NCBI GenBank assembly: GCA_946965045.2
Contig: OX337228.1
Coordinates: 2,232,001 to 2,296,000, forward strand
DNA: 64,000 nucleotides
Direction: 5' to 3'
From: Epithemia pelagica
Lineage: Eukaryota; Protista; Bacillariophyta
Shown: piece after piece, positions 41,716 to 56,300 of the stretch
How positions within the stretch are numbered: the first letter of the stretch is position 1
How the letters are laid out: every line of letters starts with the position of its first letter
Program-made: the position numbers and the translations under genes
Notes under the pieces: generated by a model
Told to the model about the DNA's origin: nothing
Seen by the model: only the letters and a program-made list of their open reading frames with translations
Databases searched by the model: none

Positions 41716-43745
41716 CTAAACGCCTTCCCCCTCATCGTCTGAGTCGTCTTCAAACTCCACAAACGATCGAATCAAATCGGTCAGTCTGTCAAAAGTATTT
41801 GGGTCGATCTCAAGGCTGCCAAGATTGTAAAAGTTTCCGTAATCTGTTTCCCATATAAAGTGATTCTCGCCATCCGCATGCTTGGGCGTTGAAGCTTGTC
41901 CAACACTGGAGGGAAGCCGTCTTTGAGGACCCTGTAACTGAACAAACTTTGAGAGTGCCATGCGATATTTCGAGGACAGTGGAGTGGGAGAAACTACTTT
42001 CATGGCATACAAGACGTGATGTGTTGATATAGGTCGCGAATGCAAACCTGATTCTCGCAAAGGACCAGTTGTTGCTGCAACCTGCAGGAGTTGCTTCAGA
42101 TCACTGGGACTGTACCCTTCGGTTTCCATTGATAAGTGAGCCACATCCAAATTTGGATCTTTCGGAACTGATCTCAACCAATGCCGTAAAATCAACTCCC
42201 GACCAGCGAAATCAGGTAAATCAACAAAAAAGGAACGTGACAGTCGGCGCAATATCGCCGAATCAACATCGAAAGGACGGTTTGTTGTAGCCGCAACGAG
42301 AATTTTTCTGCCTTCGCTGCTATCCGAAACGCCTGCAATCCCATCCAAATACTGCATGAAGTCACATTTCAGATCTCTCGTAACGTCGTGCTCCCATTCG
42401 CTTCGTTCTCTAAACAGTCCATCGACCTCATCTATGCAGAGGATACATGGCGAAAGCTTTTGCGCCAACGAGAAAAGAGACCGACATTGCTGGTTGGTCT
42501 CACCAACATATTTGCGGAGCAATATCGAAGGTGAAACAACAAGACATGGTAATCCACATTCTGCTGACAAACCTTTGATTAGCAAGCTTTTGCCACAGCC
42601 AGGGAAGCCGTATAGAAGAACCCCCACATAAGATGAACAGTTCTCGAACAAGCTGTCGTATCCCGGGAATGGACTTGTTTCAGTTATTGATTTCGCTACC
42701 GACATGAGCGACCTTTTGATTTGGTCTAAGCCCACTATTTCATTCCATGAGCTGCTTCGCGGACCTCGTGCCCACAAGCATTGCTGAAGAATTGAAAATT
42801 CTCTTTGTGATAGCGATGAAAGCACGGTTTCGACGGATGGCTTGAATCCTTCTCCCTTATGACTCCTAAGAGGAAGTCCAGCTAACGTGAGCTTTTGTAC
42901 CATTTGAAGCGTGGGTGCGTGGGGAAGGCGCACTTTGCTTTGTTCATTGTGATCTTGACCTTCGGTACTCAGATGTGCTTTCTCTAAAAAGCAGATTGCA
43001 TCCTGAACTTGATCGGATGAAAAAGATGAAGAATCGGGTCCGTATATTTCCTCTTTGTAATCTTCGACAACTTCTACCTACGAACCAGAAACGAGGAGGA
43101 CATGATTAGTAGGAGTAGGATTTGACAGTTGACAGTCGTGTTTTTTGTATGAATATAACTCACCGCGGCAGACCAAAATGCATGAACCAGGTAAGCGATG
43201 ATAGCAATCTGAGCTCCAGATGCAAAGTGCTTTCCCCATTTTTGAAATATTCCAATAATTGCCTGTACCACAAACGAAGTAGGTGTTGATGAAGAAGAAG
43301 GTGAACACGATGCTTCCCTTTTCGCAATCGGATCAAGAAGGTTTTCGAATGGCTTGTTTTCATCCTCTTTCTCTTTAGATAGTGAAGTAGAAGCAGTTTC
43401 CTCATAAACAGGAAACACTCTCGAAGTCCCTTCACCCTGGGTCGATGCTCCATCGTATTGTATCCCTCCAGGCTGTTTGTCGCGTCGATTACGTCTTACA
43501 AAAGAGAGGAGTCCTTTCACATTGAACCAACTGTCACTCATGCCGCTCGATCGTCCACCTGCAGCTTCAGCGAAGGACGGATGAGCAAATTGAAGGCACA
43601 GAAGCACAGCGACGAAGAGTTCTGAAGAGATTCCATGGTATCCCCATCGTGACCTTCTTCGTTTTCTCGTTGTAAAGGACTGAATAGTGCAGGTAGGGTG
43701 ATCAGCCTTTTTCAGGCGATCGTTCTGGGTTGCTGAACATCCCAT
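41716..43745 (-). CDS. Membrane-anchored AAA+ ATPase (Msp1/ATAD1-spastin group), 2 exons
   Basis: Exons 43745-43164 and 43077-41716 (86-nt GT-AG intron). Walker A GFPGCGKS, pore loop KYVGET, Walker B IDEVD, SRH ATTNRPFDVDSAILRRL. Confidence 0.88.
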
Positions 43746-44330
43746 CTGACCAGACGAGTTCTTCGCAATGATCAGGACACCAGGAAACCTATAATTGGGC
43801 TGTTAAACAGTGGCGAAATCCCTTGATCTGTTCGGGTTTGCTTTTCTGTTGACAAGTAGATTGTCGTCGATGGTCAAGAGTCGAGATTCGAGATTGGAAC
43901 GAGGATATAGGAGGTACTCCTAGCTACCTAGGAGTAGTAGACTATTGACATTCTACACCTACACCTATTCCTCAAACCCTAATACTCCCACTCCTAGCTC
44001 TTTATTTGGACTATAGTATGGTACACTATTCTACTACCCCTCCTGTCGACACTGCGAAAGAGAGGATAGTTCTACGGATGTTCAGCTTTGCCTCCTAAAA
44101 GAAGCATTGAGACAGCTATTCTAGAAACAAAGTAAGCGTTAAGGCAGGTGTATTATTAATCCACGGCCACTTTACTGAGAGACGGCTGTGGGTAATTTTG
44201 GACACTTATGGACAAAATGTCCATCGGTGCTCTGATTCTGAGCAGGGGAAAGTGCTATCCTTGACCTTCGCAATTTTCGCGCTCTGGATATATCGTCAGT
44301 TGTGGACGGGGAGTAGACTTGGATATATCG

Positions 44331-46891
44331 TCAGTTGCGGACGGGGACTAGACTACTTCTTCGAACCACATTCGATTTCCTCCGTCGAGTTATGTCACCC
44401 AAGATCGATGTGCGTGGTTTAGACGATTGTATCGGTTTTCTTCCCAAAATGTCAGCAGTGACTGAATTCACCCACCATGTTTCCATTGTGAGAGTAATTC
44501 GTCCCACCTCTTTCCCGTTTTTAATCAGTATCTCGTCAATCGAAGTGGAAGTGATGGGATCTTCTAATGAGGAAGCAGGCAGAAGCGTTGGATGGATCTC
44601 GCTCTCCTCTGGTTTTCTATGACGTGACAGTACTGCCATTATGCTCTTCCCGGCAGCGCGAAATCTCGATCTCGGTGAAGACGCAGTGAATTCATTTTGG
44701 CTTTGTTGAATACCTGCCCTCGCTTGGCACTTTGAAAGAATTGATGGCAAGTTCAGACGGACGGAACCAATCACGGAATCCTCCATGGCTGGGTTATAGT
44801 CAGCCACTACCAAGTGCAACATTGCACCAGTCAGATCAACTGGAGAACCGTCTGGGTGATGAAGAGAAATCTTGTATTTTATCTCCTCTTCCCCTACCCA
44901 AGAAGGAGAGAACGTGGAAAATTTCCGTGATGTCGAGGGCCATCCATTGATTCTCCGTTTGCCTCGTTCCACCCGACGACGAAGTCTCGGCCTGAATCTC
45001 CATTTAGAGGTTGTCATCAAAAGTGCTTCTTCTGGGTACGAAACAACAGCTACATAAGGGTTGGGGGGGATACCTTCTTTGTTGTATAAATCGACGGATA
45101 TATTTGACAAAAAAAACTCCACCCGCTCATTCTCCGCTTCGTTTTCAGATGCAGCGGTAGCCCTGTGGTCACCAATTCGGAAAGATTTTTTGATCCGATT
45201 GGCAGCCGCTCCAACCCTCCCTCTAACTGGACGAATTCGGAAAGGCCGGTTAAGTTCAATTGTGAAAGCGGCACGCACTGGTTTGTGATCAGACGTGCTG
45301 TAGTCCGGAATGGGCTCGTAAACAATCGGACAGATCGACTTATCTAAATCAGGTCCGGCCTTCCACAGGACTCTGTCGCAATAACTGGGACGACGTTTCT
45401 CCTGCCATTCAAAACCGCGTTTCACAACAGTCTTGAAGGTCGGGGGAAAATTGCACATTGGTGTCTTGTAACCGACCAAACACTTTTTCTGTGCCAAGGC
45501 CATGTGCAGTTCATCCGACTTGTTCAGACCATACCAGTTCTCTCTATCGACCATGCCTTGAATAGCTCTCCTGTGCGCATCCTTTGGTAAACTTGGGTCC
45601 AACACAGTTCTGAAGTTCAAATCACCAAAAGTAAACGTAAAGTGTGATGTCTGGCTCACATCAAGCCATCGCGAGTTCTTGGTACCTCCAAGAATCTCAC
45701 CAAGGGAAGAACAGCGTGCCTTGAATTTGGAGTGGCCCTCATGGGCCTCCAGGTGTGCCGACATAAAACTCAGGCGCGTAGAACCATTCACCAGTAGTTC
45801 TGCAACAATGCCACCTTTGTTTGCCAACCCAGCTCGACCTGTATTGCATGCGGCCACGTGCAGCACTTCAACATCAATGGTATTGCTATTGCAATACACT
45901 TCATGGAAGGAGCAAAGAGTAGAATGAGCAAGGACCGTAAAACAATACGATTAAAAGAAAAATAGTGCATCTGTGTAGGGTGCTCACCTTCAAGACGGAT
46001 CTGTCCCCGTTGATAGCTTACGATGCGTTCATAAGATGGAAGACGAGCATCTAGTAGTGCATGCAATGTCGCCGTTCCGCCACCCCAGTCACGACGTTGA
46101 AGAGCGAGATGCCGACTATGACGCGTTTTCTTTTTCGTATAGTCTCTGTCTTGAGTTAAGTGGGCAATCTTTTGTACTCCCTTCCCTAGACCCCTCCCCA
46201 CCGACCGTGCACCACGTTGAAATGGTTCCACAACAGGTGAACGAAGCACACTGTTTTCTCGTTGGTGGTCAGGGTTGTCCGGCTCCAAAGCAGAGGCTCC
46301 TTGGACAGTAGACGGGGAAATGGGGAGATCAAACGTTGCCTCCTGCATGCCGACTACGATAAGATCGAATTGCTCCGTCTCGTCCAAATTCAAGTGGCAC
46401 GACATTTTGTCACTCTCCGGGTCTCGACTATGATCAATTGGATCTGTCGCCGTAACTTTCGCTGTCAAGACCTTAGCCCAAGCAGCAAGAGATTCCGACA
46501 TTTTCTTCCTCTTTTCCGGAGATAAAACTTCACCGTTCGGAGGAGGTGGTGGTATTTTAGAGGGTTTGGGCAAAAATGAATCATTTTGAGACGGGATAGG
46601 GAGATCGTCCGAATTAGAGGTCGAAGAGTCATCCTCGTCACCATAATCTGCGTCGTCCGATATCCATTTTAGTGGTAGCGGTGATGATGGGCCGTATGTA
46701 TCCTCAGCGCGCTCCATCGACATGATGACCGGATAGCTTGGGTTTGGACGAATTACTTGATTGCAAATGCCATCTCGGGGAATCCATGCATGCAGCGAGT
46801 CATCATCCGGTGGCTTATTGCCCAAGTTCGCCGTACACACCAATAAACGTATCTGGTCTGATACGAAACCCTGGTAACTCTTGTCTGTCAT
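44331..46891 (-). CDS. Inositol polyphosphate 5-phosphatase (EEP fold) with probable C-terminal C2-like region, 2 exons
   Basis: Exons 46891-45988 and 45898-44331. Motifs TANLGN, VGMQE, ANKGG, SAHLEAH, FGDLNFR, PTFK, PSYCDRVLW and SDHKPV. Confidence 0.92.
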
Positions 46892-47317
46892 GTTCACAAT
46901 GGTAACGAATCATGGATGATCTTCCATGTTTGGCGCAGAATTGTGCCGAGTTGTGAGGACAGTTGCATGGACCCGAAAGATTTTCTGTCGTGGCAAAGTA
47001 TATGAACGAATAGTACAAGTACAACACATTGGGGTAGTTAGCGGCTCATTCATCTCCGTCCAACGGACGGCACGAACCATGACGTGACGAGGTGGTCAGT
47101 GAAAATATACGCGATCGGCGATCGGTCAAGGTCATCGTCACGTCAAGCGTCAAGTGCAAGAAGACACACACATGCACATGCCGGGTTTGGGTGGGCCCGA
47201 CGCGCGAGGGAACTGAATGAGATCGTTATCGGACTGGTCATTCATGAGTCTACATCGAGGACAGTACTGTCGACAAATAGCCCCGACAACGGAGACTCGG
47301 ATTATTGAGAAACGACA

Positions 47318-50300
47318 ATGACGACATGGCAGGAACCAACCGGCCGCGAAAGGGCCATCGAAGCATTGATGGATCGAGATAAAGATGGCGACTATTTTCG
47401 TGTTCGCAAAGTTATGGTACGTAGAATTATGGTCGTAGAAGTGTCGTGTCTCCAGAATGAGGAATCCTTCCGCCATTTGCACTCATCGTATGAGTACCTG
47501 CTCTTTTTCAGGAGGAAGCTGTTCCTGCAGCTCTCAATAGCCGCCCCAATAAAGTCACGAAAGCTGCCTTGGTGGATCAAGCGTTTTGCTTGCAAGAGTA
47601 TGTAATTGATTCAGCCACCAGCCATGCACTCCAATTTGGCCGAGAAATGCCTCGAAAGCTCTCCGAAGATCAGGCCTCTCTGCTTGAAATGAAAAGCCAT
47701 GTGTGGAAACATCAGTCCTCTTTAAGAGACGCGAAACAACCAGGATTGACTCGAGTTAGCCCTCCACCGGCTCTGTATAGAACTCTTGAGTCCTTTTTGA
47801 AGTCAAAAGCCGGGGATTTGAAGAGATTTATAACCAAGCACAGCTTGATTGAACATGGTTCTATGAAGAAAGGTGGGGCGGACACAGGTTCGTCGGATAC
47901 GGAGTCTAGTGAACCGAAGGAATACAATTCAACGGCTGCATGTGAGGAAATGGTCAACAATCTGACGAAGTTGATCGACACAGAAGAAAGTGATAAAGTA
48001 TATTCAGGAATGTGGATCACAATCCTTTCCATCTTGATGTTGGATCAGCAATCTTCGGATATTAGGGACGAGGAAAGAACTCAAGAAGCTTCAACATCGG
48101 CATCTAGTTCTGCGGTAGGCGCAGAAGCTATGCCTCCTTTGTTTCTTCAGATTGGGGCGCTATTGCCTTTCTTTCGAGTTCCTCCGAATGAAGCAGACGA
48201 AGGAAAGTCTGGTGAGGAAGCTGATGATCCCAATTTTGATCTTGATCCTCATCTTCTTAGCTACTTTGCCAAGGCAGCTTCGGTATATCAAGAGCGTTTA
48301 GAGATTATTGACGCTCGGAAACAGCTTCTAGCATCTAATCTGGTCAAATCAAATGACGATAACATCGAAACATCTTTCGATGTCTCGGCTACACACAGCC
48401 AGGAACAAGTGGACGATGAAGACGCCAATCAAGCGATAGAAAACGAGGCATCGACTTTTTCCGAGCAAACTGGTGAAGCAGCAAATTGGGAAACTCAACA
48501 AGAAAGTGGCAGCGATGAAGATGACAACAATGAAGAAACTGGTGTTGCCAATGATTCGCCAGCCGAGGAAGTTGATCCGCAATCGTCGGATGGTTCTGAA
48601 TCTTCGTCTTCTTCAGGGGGGTCGTCATCTTCGTCATCTGATGAGCAAAACGATGATTCGCAACCAGAAATCCCAGAGGCTGCCGCTTTTGTTGAATCGG
48701 AACGTGATATCAGCACCGATGATGACGATGACGCAGTATTGCGTGAAGCTTTGGGGATCAGCCTCGGGCGAGATGAGGGAACTTCAGAAGCCGTACGCGT
48801 CATCTTGGCTGACTCAGTTGTTCCCATGGAAGACGAGTCCATGGCTTTGCATTCTGCTGTCGAAACCCCTGTGTCAGAAGATGCTTCGGCTTCTGCTAAC
48901 GTTGTGTCTGAGGAAGAGAACGATCCCCTAGATGAACCCACGTCTGGAGAAGGTGACGAAGAAATTCCACTTCCGCAACTCCCCATCCCACCAGTGTTGT
49001 ACCCTTGGAAACAACCACGAGATACGAACTCATCACTTTCTGGTGATGGCGATACATCTCAAGGATACTCTTCCCCAATGGACCCATCGAATTTATCTGA
49101 CTTTTCTTGTATTCCTTCATCTTGTGCTTTGCTTCATCTACTGAAGTATGCGGAGCTTGTAATGCAACGCCATGACGCCACCGCAAACTTGGTTGAACCT
49201 CCATTCAGGACTGTCCCTGGTGGAATGGGACATGAGCTGTTCTCAATGAAGAAGGATTCGCGACAAGACACTGGTCATCGGAATTCGCTCACTGACGGAG
49301 TTTCTGTGTTTCAGTTGCTGTTGACCACAGTACTATGTATTGCCGAGAAACGAGCTCATGCGGTTGAACAGTTCTACCAGACATCCTCTCGTGAAAAGAT
49401 GGCGACCCGTGGTGGTGATAATACTTCTCATGCATCCGGAGAAGAACAGGACGACCCCGCTTTGACTTTTGCGTTGAACTATGTGGAAGATGATGTATCC
49501 CTCACTGTTGAGTCTTTGGAAAATAAGGGTATGAGGAGGAAAGCTGCAGCTGCTGCCCACGATGCAGAAGCTCTACTAAAAACGTTGCGAAAGCGAACCG
49601 CTGCATGGAAGTCTTATGTTGTTCTTTATTCCCGTTGCTTGTTGGCTTCCTTAAAATGCTTGACATCATTTTTGCAATGTATTACAAGAGTGTGGCTGAA
49701 TGGGACTATGAAAGGCGGAAGACGACAATCTTCAAATGGCTTAACTGTACAGGGATTGAATGAATTTCTTCCTCCAGAATGCGTCTCGCGTCTTTCTGAA
49801 GTTCTCAGTACTCTGATGGAAAATCTGATCAGCGAACCAGATGAAGCCCTTTGTGTTCAGGATATTTACTTTGCTGCTCTGTCTGCGTGGTCGGAGTGCG
49901 TTCCTTTTCTGTATTCGTCGGTAACAGAGAAGACTGGTCTTCTTTCTGAACTTCTCGACGAGGTTAAAGGGGCTGATTTCGCAACGCTGAAGGATCTTGA
50001 CGGGATGCCCCAGTCGAGCGAACATGGTCAACTTCTGAAGCTTCGCTGCGTATCGAGAAGAATGCGTGTTAAGGATGTTATTGAAACATTTATACCTGCC
50101 CTTATCCCGTGGATGATGGAAGGCCCCGAGGGGGGCAATGTGGGGATGCCAAACCAGGAGAGTCAGTGGCTGTGGAAACTTGGTTCTACAACGGAACCTT
50201 CCTCCACATCTGAGACCGTATTTTCCTCGAGCGCGCTAATTATGAAATTTGCTAGTGCTCAACTCGCTTGTGCAGATGTAGAGTTGCGAAAATGTTTTTA

Positions 50301-53300
50301 TGCACTCTGTCATCGGATGCATTCGGTAGCAATAATGTTTGATGGGCTTTACGCAGCGACTGAAACCGAAACAGAGAAGACCTCAAACATGACATCTCAC
50401 AAGAATAAAGACGGCCCGGGTAACGGTGTTGTTCTGAACAAGACACCGTCCAGTAGCTTTGTGTTTGATGTTACAAAATGTTCTGACTCCATCGCCATCT
50501 TGACGGGGTTTGATTCAGCTGGCGGAAATGGATCAACTGCTTTGCAGCGTGCGTCGAAAGTTTGGGGCACTGTACATTCCAGTCAGTACTTCAAGCCTAA
50601 GACAGGCGTTCATCGTTGGGCAGTTCGACTGGACAAATGTGAGCGCGGACACGTCTTTGTTGGTGTTGCGACAGCGAGGGCCAATGTCAGGACGTATGTT
50701 GGAGGTGACAAACACGGTTGGGGAATGATTGGGACTCAGACTTTGTGGCACGATAGACGAAAGGTAGACACTCACTCAAGGAAGCTCTTTTGTATTTGGT
50801 GATTGATCTCACTAATTGTTGCTTTACACAGATTCGAGGAGATTATGGATCTTCATTCCGAACGGGTTCAATCGTCATAGTTACACTTGATACTAATCTC
50901 GGCACCATTAGTCTTGGTCTTTGGAGGGATGCACCTGCAGGGTCTCAGGATCCCTTGGCGCATACGTTACTGTCACCGAGAAGACAAGGTCGTGCAGGTA
51001 CTATCGAGGATTGGGGAATCGCATTTGAGGGCTTGCCACTTGATGCCAGAATGTACCCAGCCGTAGGACTTTATCAGCGTGACGATCGAGTAACGCTTCT
51101 CTCTGTAGATAGCGATGTCAATGGCAAAAGCGGTTCGATGGATTTAATCGGTGGGAAGTCGTTCTTCCCACCTTTTGATCACAACACTCAAACTTCCTTG
51201 AAGGAAAAATACGAGCAGGTCAGACTTCACAACAGCTTGGTTAATTGGGATGGAACAGAGTATGTCGCAAAGATATTGGAAAGGGCCGTGGATATGCTCA
51301 ACCAAACTCCTGAATTCGCAAACAACGTCTTGCCATCCGTTCTAGCTAGCCTTTGTCTGTTACCAGGATCTGTTCCGGTTCTGTCACAAAGGTCAGCTGT
51401 ATCATTGCTTCCTCACATTCGCCGGTGTCTAGAAGCAGTACGGTCGCGCCACGCGTCGGATCATGGTCAAGTGCAAGAGTGTCATCTCATTGAGGGAGAA
51501 TGGGTTATCCGTGCGACTTCGGGCGATGGAGACCTCGAAGAATACATCGTTAAGTTTGAGGCAACTCTCGACGAAGAAAACAAGTACATCGGATTTGAAG
51601 GGAGTGGGATTGGAACAACTGGCAAATCGAAGAATGGGCTTGTATCTATTTATGGCGTAGTTAAGGGTCTCTCGATATCTTTTTTGGAAGAGTGGTCCGA
51701 CGAAGGAAACAAAGGTGCAAACACCCGCGATGACAGCTCTTCCTGTGTTGTTCACGGCACCATATCACTGGATGGAACAAGGTTGGAGGGTCGGTACAGA
51801 AACATGGAGTTCGGAACTACAGGAAAGGTAGCTGGTATCAGAAAGAGAAATCAAGATAGTCAGCAATTCGATGGAAGCGAAAGGAGAGCTGTGAACATGG
51901 AGCTTCTCCTTTGTTTGGCTCACAGCCACTTGGCTGCCGTAGTGTCAGACGATGCTGCAAAAGATGGGCTTACTCTGCTTGCTGACGGAGAAGCATTGTC
52001 CATAAGCGAGCCACATTTAGCTTCACTCGCTGCTCTTTTGAAGAAACCATTTCTTTCTGATTCATCTTTTCATGGATCTTCTGATTGGCTTGGTAGTCAC
52101 ATGACAGATCTCGTTAAGCTGTACGCGCCCCCTTCATCTTCATCAGAGTTATGTGGGATGGAAAGCGGGTATGCGCTGGAAAATCTGAAAGGTATTCTTG
52201 CGGGTTCAAATTGTGGAGACGTTTGTAACTTTGACAAGCTTACTGAGATGGTTGAAGATGCGGATGTCGTTGTTTCGAAGGCACTAGGTAAACGAGGGTC
52301 GCTCTCGGCTATCAATCCTGGACGATACAATGAATCCAGGAAAGGGGTTATATGTGCTTTGCTCTTTCATTGCAATCTCATAGAGCGACTAACTTCATTC
52401 GGTGATGAGAAAGATATGTTGGTATCGGACCAATCAATTGTTCTTGTTTGGCAGACAGCCTTGCTTATAATGGAAGACGGTATCCGGGAGGCTTTAAGCG
52501 ATTCCCGAAACGGCATTGGGGACTCCTTCAAACAGCGCTGCGACGTAATTTCTGTCACGTCAAAGTTTCTACTTGATCTTGAAATTGACCCGCAGATTTG
52601 CGATATAGGCGCAGCCAGCGACATACGACAATTCTACATGTCCGTGAACGATGAATCAAGCATACTGTTTCTGAAACAGAAAATGAAACACGCTACTGCT
52701 TCGAGCGCGTTGCAACTTATTGCGCTCCAGAGTACAAAAGAGGTTCTTTCCAATTCTCTTACCTCTGTTGGCACTGAGTCAGTTGCCTTGGGTCTATGCA
52801 AACTCATGGCGCAACTCCCTGGTGGTTTGGCGGCGTCGAGACGAGCGGACTCGAAAAGTGGTCAACGTCATCTCCCTGGTGGCTCAGGCGCGGATGTATC
52901 TGTAAGACGTCAGATGTCGAAGTCTCTTTCGGAGATGTTCTTGTTCTTTTTGAACCAGACTGATCATGTTGTACGGCACAGAGGCGGAGGAGCTGTCCGG
53001 GACCATTCTGATTCTTTTGTGCTGGCGTCCTTGTGTGTTTTCATGCTCTGCCTTGACGGAACGGGAGTCCAAGGAATTCTCGTTTCGTTCCTCTCCAAAA
53101 TGAAAGATGTCCTGGCTCAGTATCGTCCTGCGTTGGACACGATAGATCGGAGTCGGGCAGAAGAAGGGCATGTTACGGTTGTGAAGACATTAACCGAGCG
53201 TGATGTAGCTTATGCGATTCTGAGATGTGCAACAGCCGCAGTCCATGTTTGTTTTTATCAGCTTTCCAACGATAGCGCAGATATGGACGGTTCCGTTACC

Positions 53301-56300
53301 ATTGAATACCCCGTGAATTGGTTTCGATCGGAACTTGCCCGTGGTTTGACATACTTGGAGGATGTGTTTGGCAAGTTGGCGTCGAAGCGCGTCGAAGCAT
53401 GTGGCCTCGAAGAATGGGAACGTTGGATTCACCGCGAAGAAAGGAAAGTGCCAGATAAGGTGAAAAGAGGACGTATTCCCGCGTTTAAGAATGGCCCTCA
53501 TAGCTTGATCGATGTGGGAACAATACAGCACCTTGATTTCAATAGTGGGCCGAAATCGTCATTTCGACATGAAGGCAGAAAGTACAGTGGAGGTCCGGAA
53601 CATCGTCATTTGTCACATTGGTTACACATTCTCCGTGCCACGATTCGAAAGGATTCACCTTTCCGTGAGTGCCTTCTGAATGACACGGCTCTCGCAAGTA
53701 TTCTACTGCGTGTACTTGGAGTCGACCATGTTCGTGCAACTAGCACAGGACAAATCAACAAGGTTGAGATACGGCGACGTGATAAAGGTCTGCTTCCGGC
53801 CCGATACCGTGCAAGGATTGCGTTTTTTCTGGGTCTTGGTGTAATGCAGTCCATGAGTGCAAATCCAGATCTTATTGAGGGTCTTTTCTACCTCGCTGGA
53901 TTGGATCTTCTTGCGACTGGGGCTGACGAGGAGGAATATCTTGTTTCTAGGGAGGCTGTATCGTTATTACGAAAGCTTTTCAGCCCAGAGAATGAACCTT
54001 GGCGTCAATGCATTACTGGCGTTTTATCATCCTTAATGAGGCGGAAAAGCGTGGTAAAACGACTTGGTTTGCACTCATTCTTATCGGGGATAGTGACAAG
54101 CGTTGCTCGTTTATCGTTTGTTTTATTGAAACCCGTCGTCGCTGCGCCGCTCAACCATGATGGAGGGAGGATATCTTCTTCTGGAATCCATACTATGATA
54201 CCAGTTGGAGCTGACGCTGTTGTATCTGGGCTCATGAGATCATCCGCAGAGGGTGGAATAATTAGCAACATCGACGACAAGAATGGAATTTGTGAGGTGA
54301 TCTTGATCAGTCGCTCTGAGGAGACCGATGGTGACGATGTCGTGGGCGGAGGTTCGAACAACCTCAAACGACATGGATTAACCGTAAGAGCGCTTCGGAC
54401 CCCTGTTGCAGACGTCATCCTGGCGCAGGAAGTCCCTCTTCACCTGGATGATCGGTCCATCCCTTCTGATCTGATATCCTCGATGCTTGAAGAAACTCTA
54501 GACTCGCTACTATCTGCTGTTTCACCCGATTCCCCAGCTCTGACATCGGAGAATGGCATGGATAAAACCCCGGGCGAGGATGACCCGCCAAGTTTAGGAA
54601 CAGAAAGCGAATCAGACAGAGCTAGGGATCAGACGTCCGAGCAAGAACCACATGAAAGAATAGAAGATGGAGATTCAAGTTTGTTGGCATCAAAAGATGT
54701 ACCCGAACATGGTCGAGAGTCCGCAACTTCTTTTGAAGAAGAAACTGGTCCATCACCCTCTGGTACAAGGGAGGCTTCTTCACCACCACCCAGTAAAACA
54801 TCAGAACCCACGTCTGCGACAGAACAGTCAGGTTCGATCCTCTCTTCTAAGGGAGAATCTTCACTCCATGGGATTGGATCTGGTGTTTATGGTCTTTCTC
54901 TTGATGTGATGACAATTAGATCTGCGATTGTGATTCTGTCAAATGAAGAAATCGTTAAACGTTTTATGGACGACAAACGTTGCTCTACCATCTTTCTCAA
55001 AATTCTCCACCTCGCATGGCCAGAGGAAAAAGAATTGTCGAAAAGCAAGGACTCAATACTTGGTGCAAGACAGGCCGACATCACATGCTTACCACTGCAC
55101 GAGACAAAGATGTGCCACATGATGCTAATGCTCCGAAGTTTGTTTTTTCGTGAACAGGTGCTTTTGAAGACACCAGGGGATGTTTGGACCAGTCGTGTCG
55201 CCGAATATGCAAGTATTGTGAAAAAACTTGCTGAAACCGATCACCCGGTTCTTTCTTCTTCGACAAGTGATGCACGTGTGAGCAACCCCGATGGCCCATC
55301 GAACTCGAACCGCAACACTTCTCAGTCAAACAGTGCAAGCCAAAGCGAAGAGGAAGAAGATGATCAAGACGAGGCAAGTGCGTTAGCCGCTCAGCATCTT
55401 CGTGAGGCGGCAATTGCACAAATGGGAGAACTTGGAATACCAAGAAGCTATGCCGAGCTGGCACTAAGACGTATTGGCGGAACCAACATCGAAGCTGCAG
55501 TACATTTTTGCCTCGAAAATGGCTCAGAAATCGAACGCCTTTTGGCGGAAGAAATTCAGCGACAAGCTTCTGAGCACGGGGGAAGGACACGTCCTCGTGA
55601 AGATAGCCACCTTTTACAGCAACTGATGGAAATGGGCTTCCCTAGAAGATGGTGCACAGAGGCGTTGTCTGCAACCGGAAATAATGTGGATGAGGCTCTG
55701 ACGTGGATTCTGAATAACAATGAAACCCTGGAAAGTCTTGATGCCTCCGATGAAGAAGAGGAGGAGGAGGAAGAGGAAGATGCGAGCGCGGACGCAGGGG
55801 GTGACGAAGACGAGGACGAAAGTGAGGATGAATCAGAGGATGGAAACCAGGATTCAAAGGAAAATACCGAAGGTGTAGCGACATCTTTTGATCGAGAGCC
55901 AGGGTGGATGTCACCAGTGACACCCCTCAAAGTTGTCTCTGGAAGAGCTTCCATCGACAGCTCTTCCCTTGAAGTATCAGGGCAGTCTAGCGGGGGCTTC
56001 GCCTCTGTTGGAGTCAAGGGTATTCTCCTGAAGAGTGGGAAATGGTATTACGAAGTTATCTTGGGAACTGCTGGTTGTATTCAACTTGGTACGAATTTTG
56101 AAAAACCCCATTGGTACGACGAGTTGGTGGTTGGTTCACTAACAGCTCTTGTGTTTCTCTGGTAAGGATTTGGGGATGCGTCCTTTGCAGGTCATTGCAA
56201 TGCCGACCGAGGAGACGGTTGTGGCGACTCGAGTAGCTCATTCAGTTTTGATGGCTGGCGACGGTTGCGATGGCACATGACCGCAACCGAATGGGGGTGT

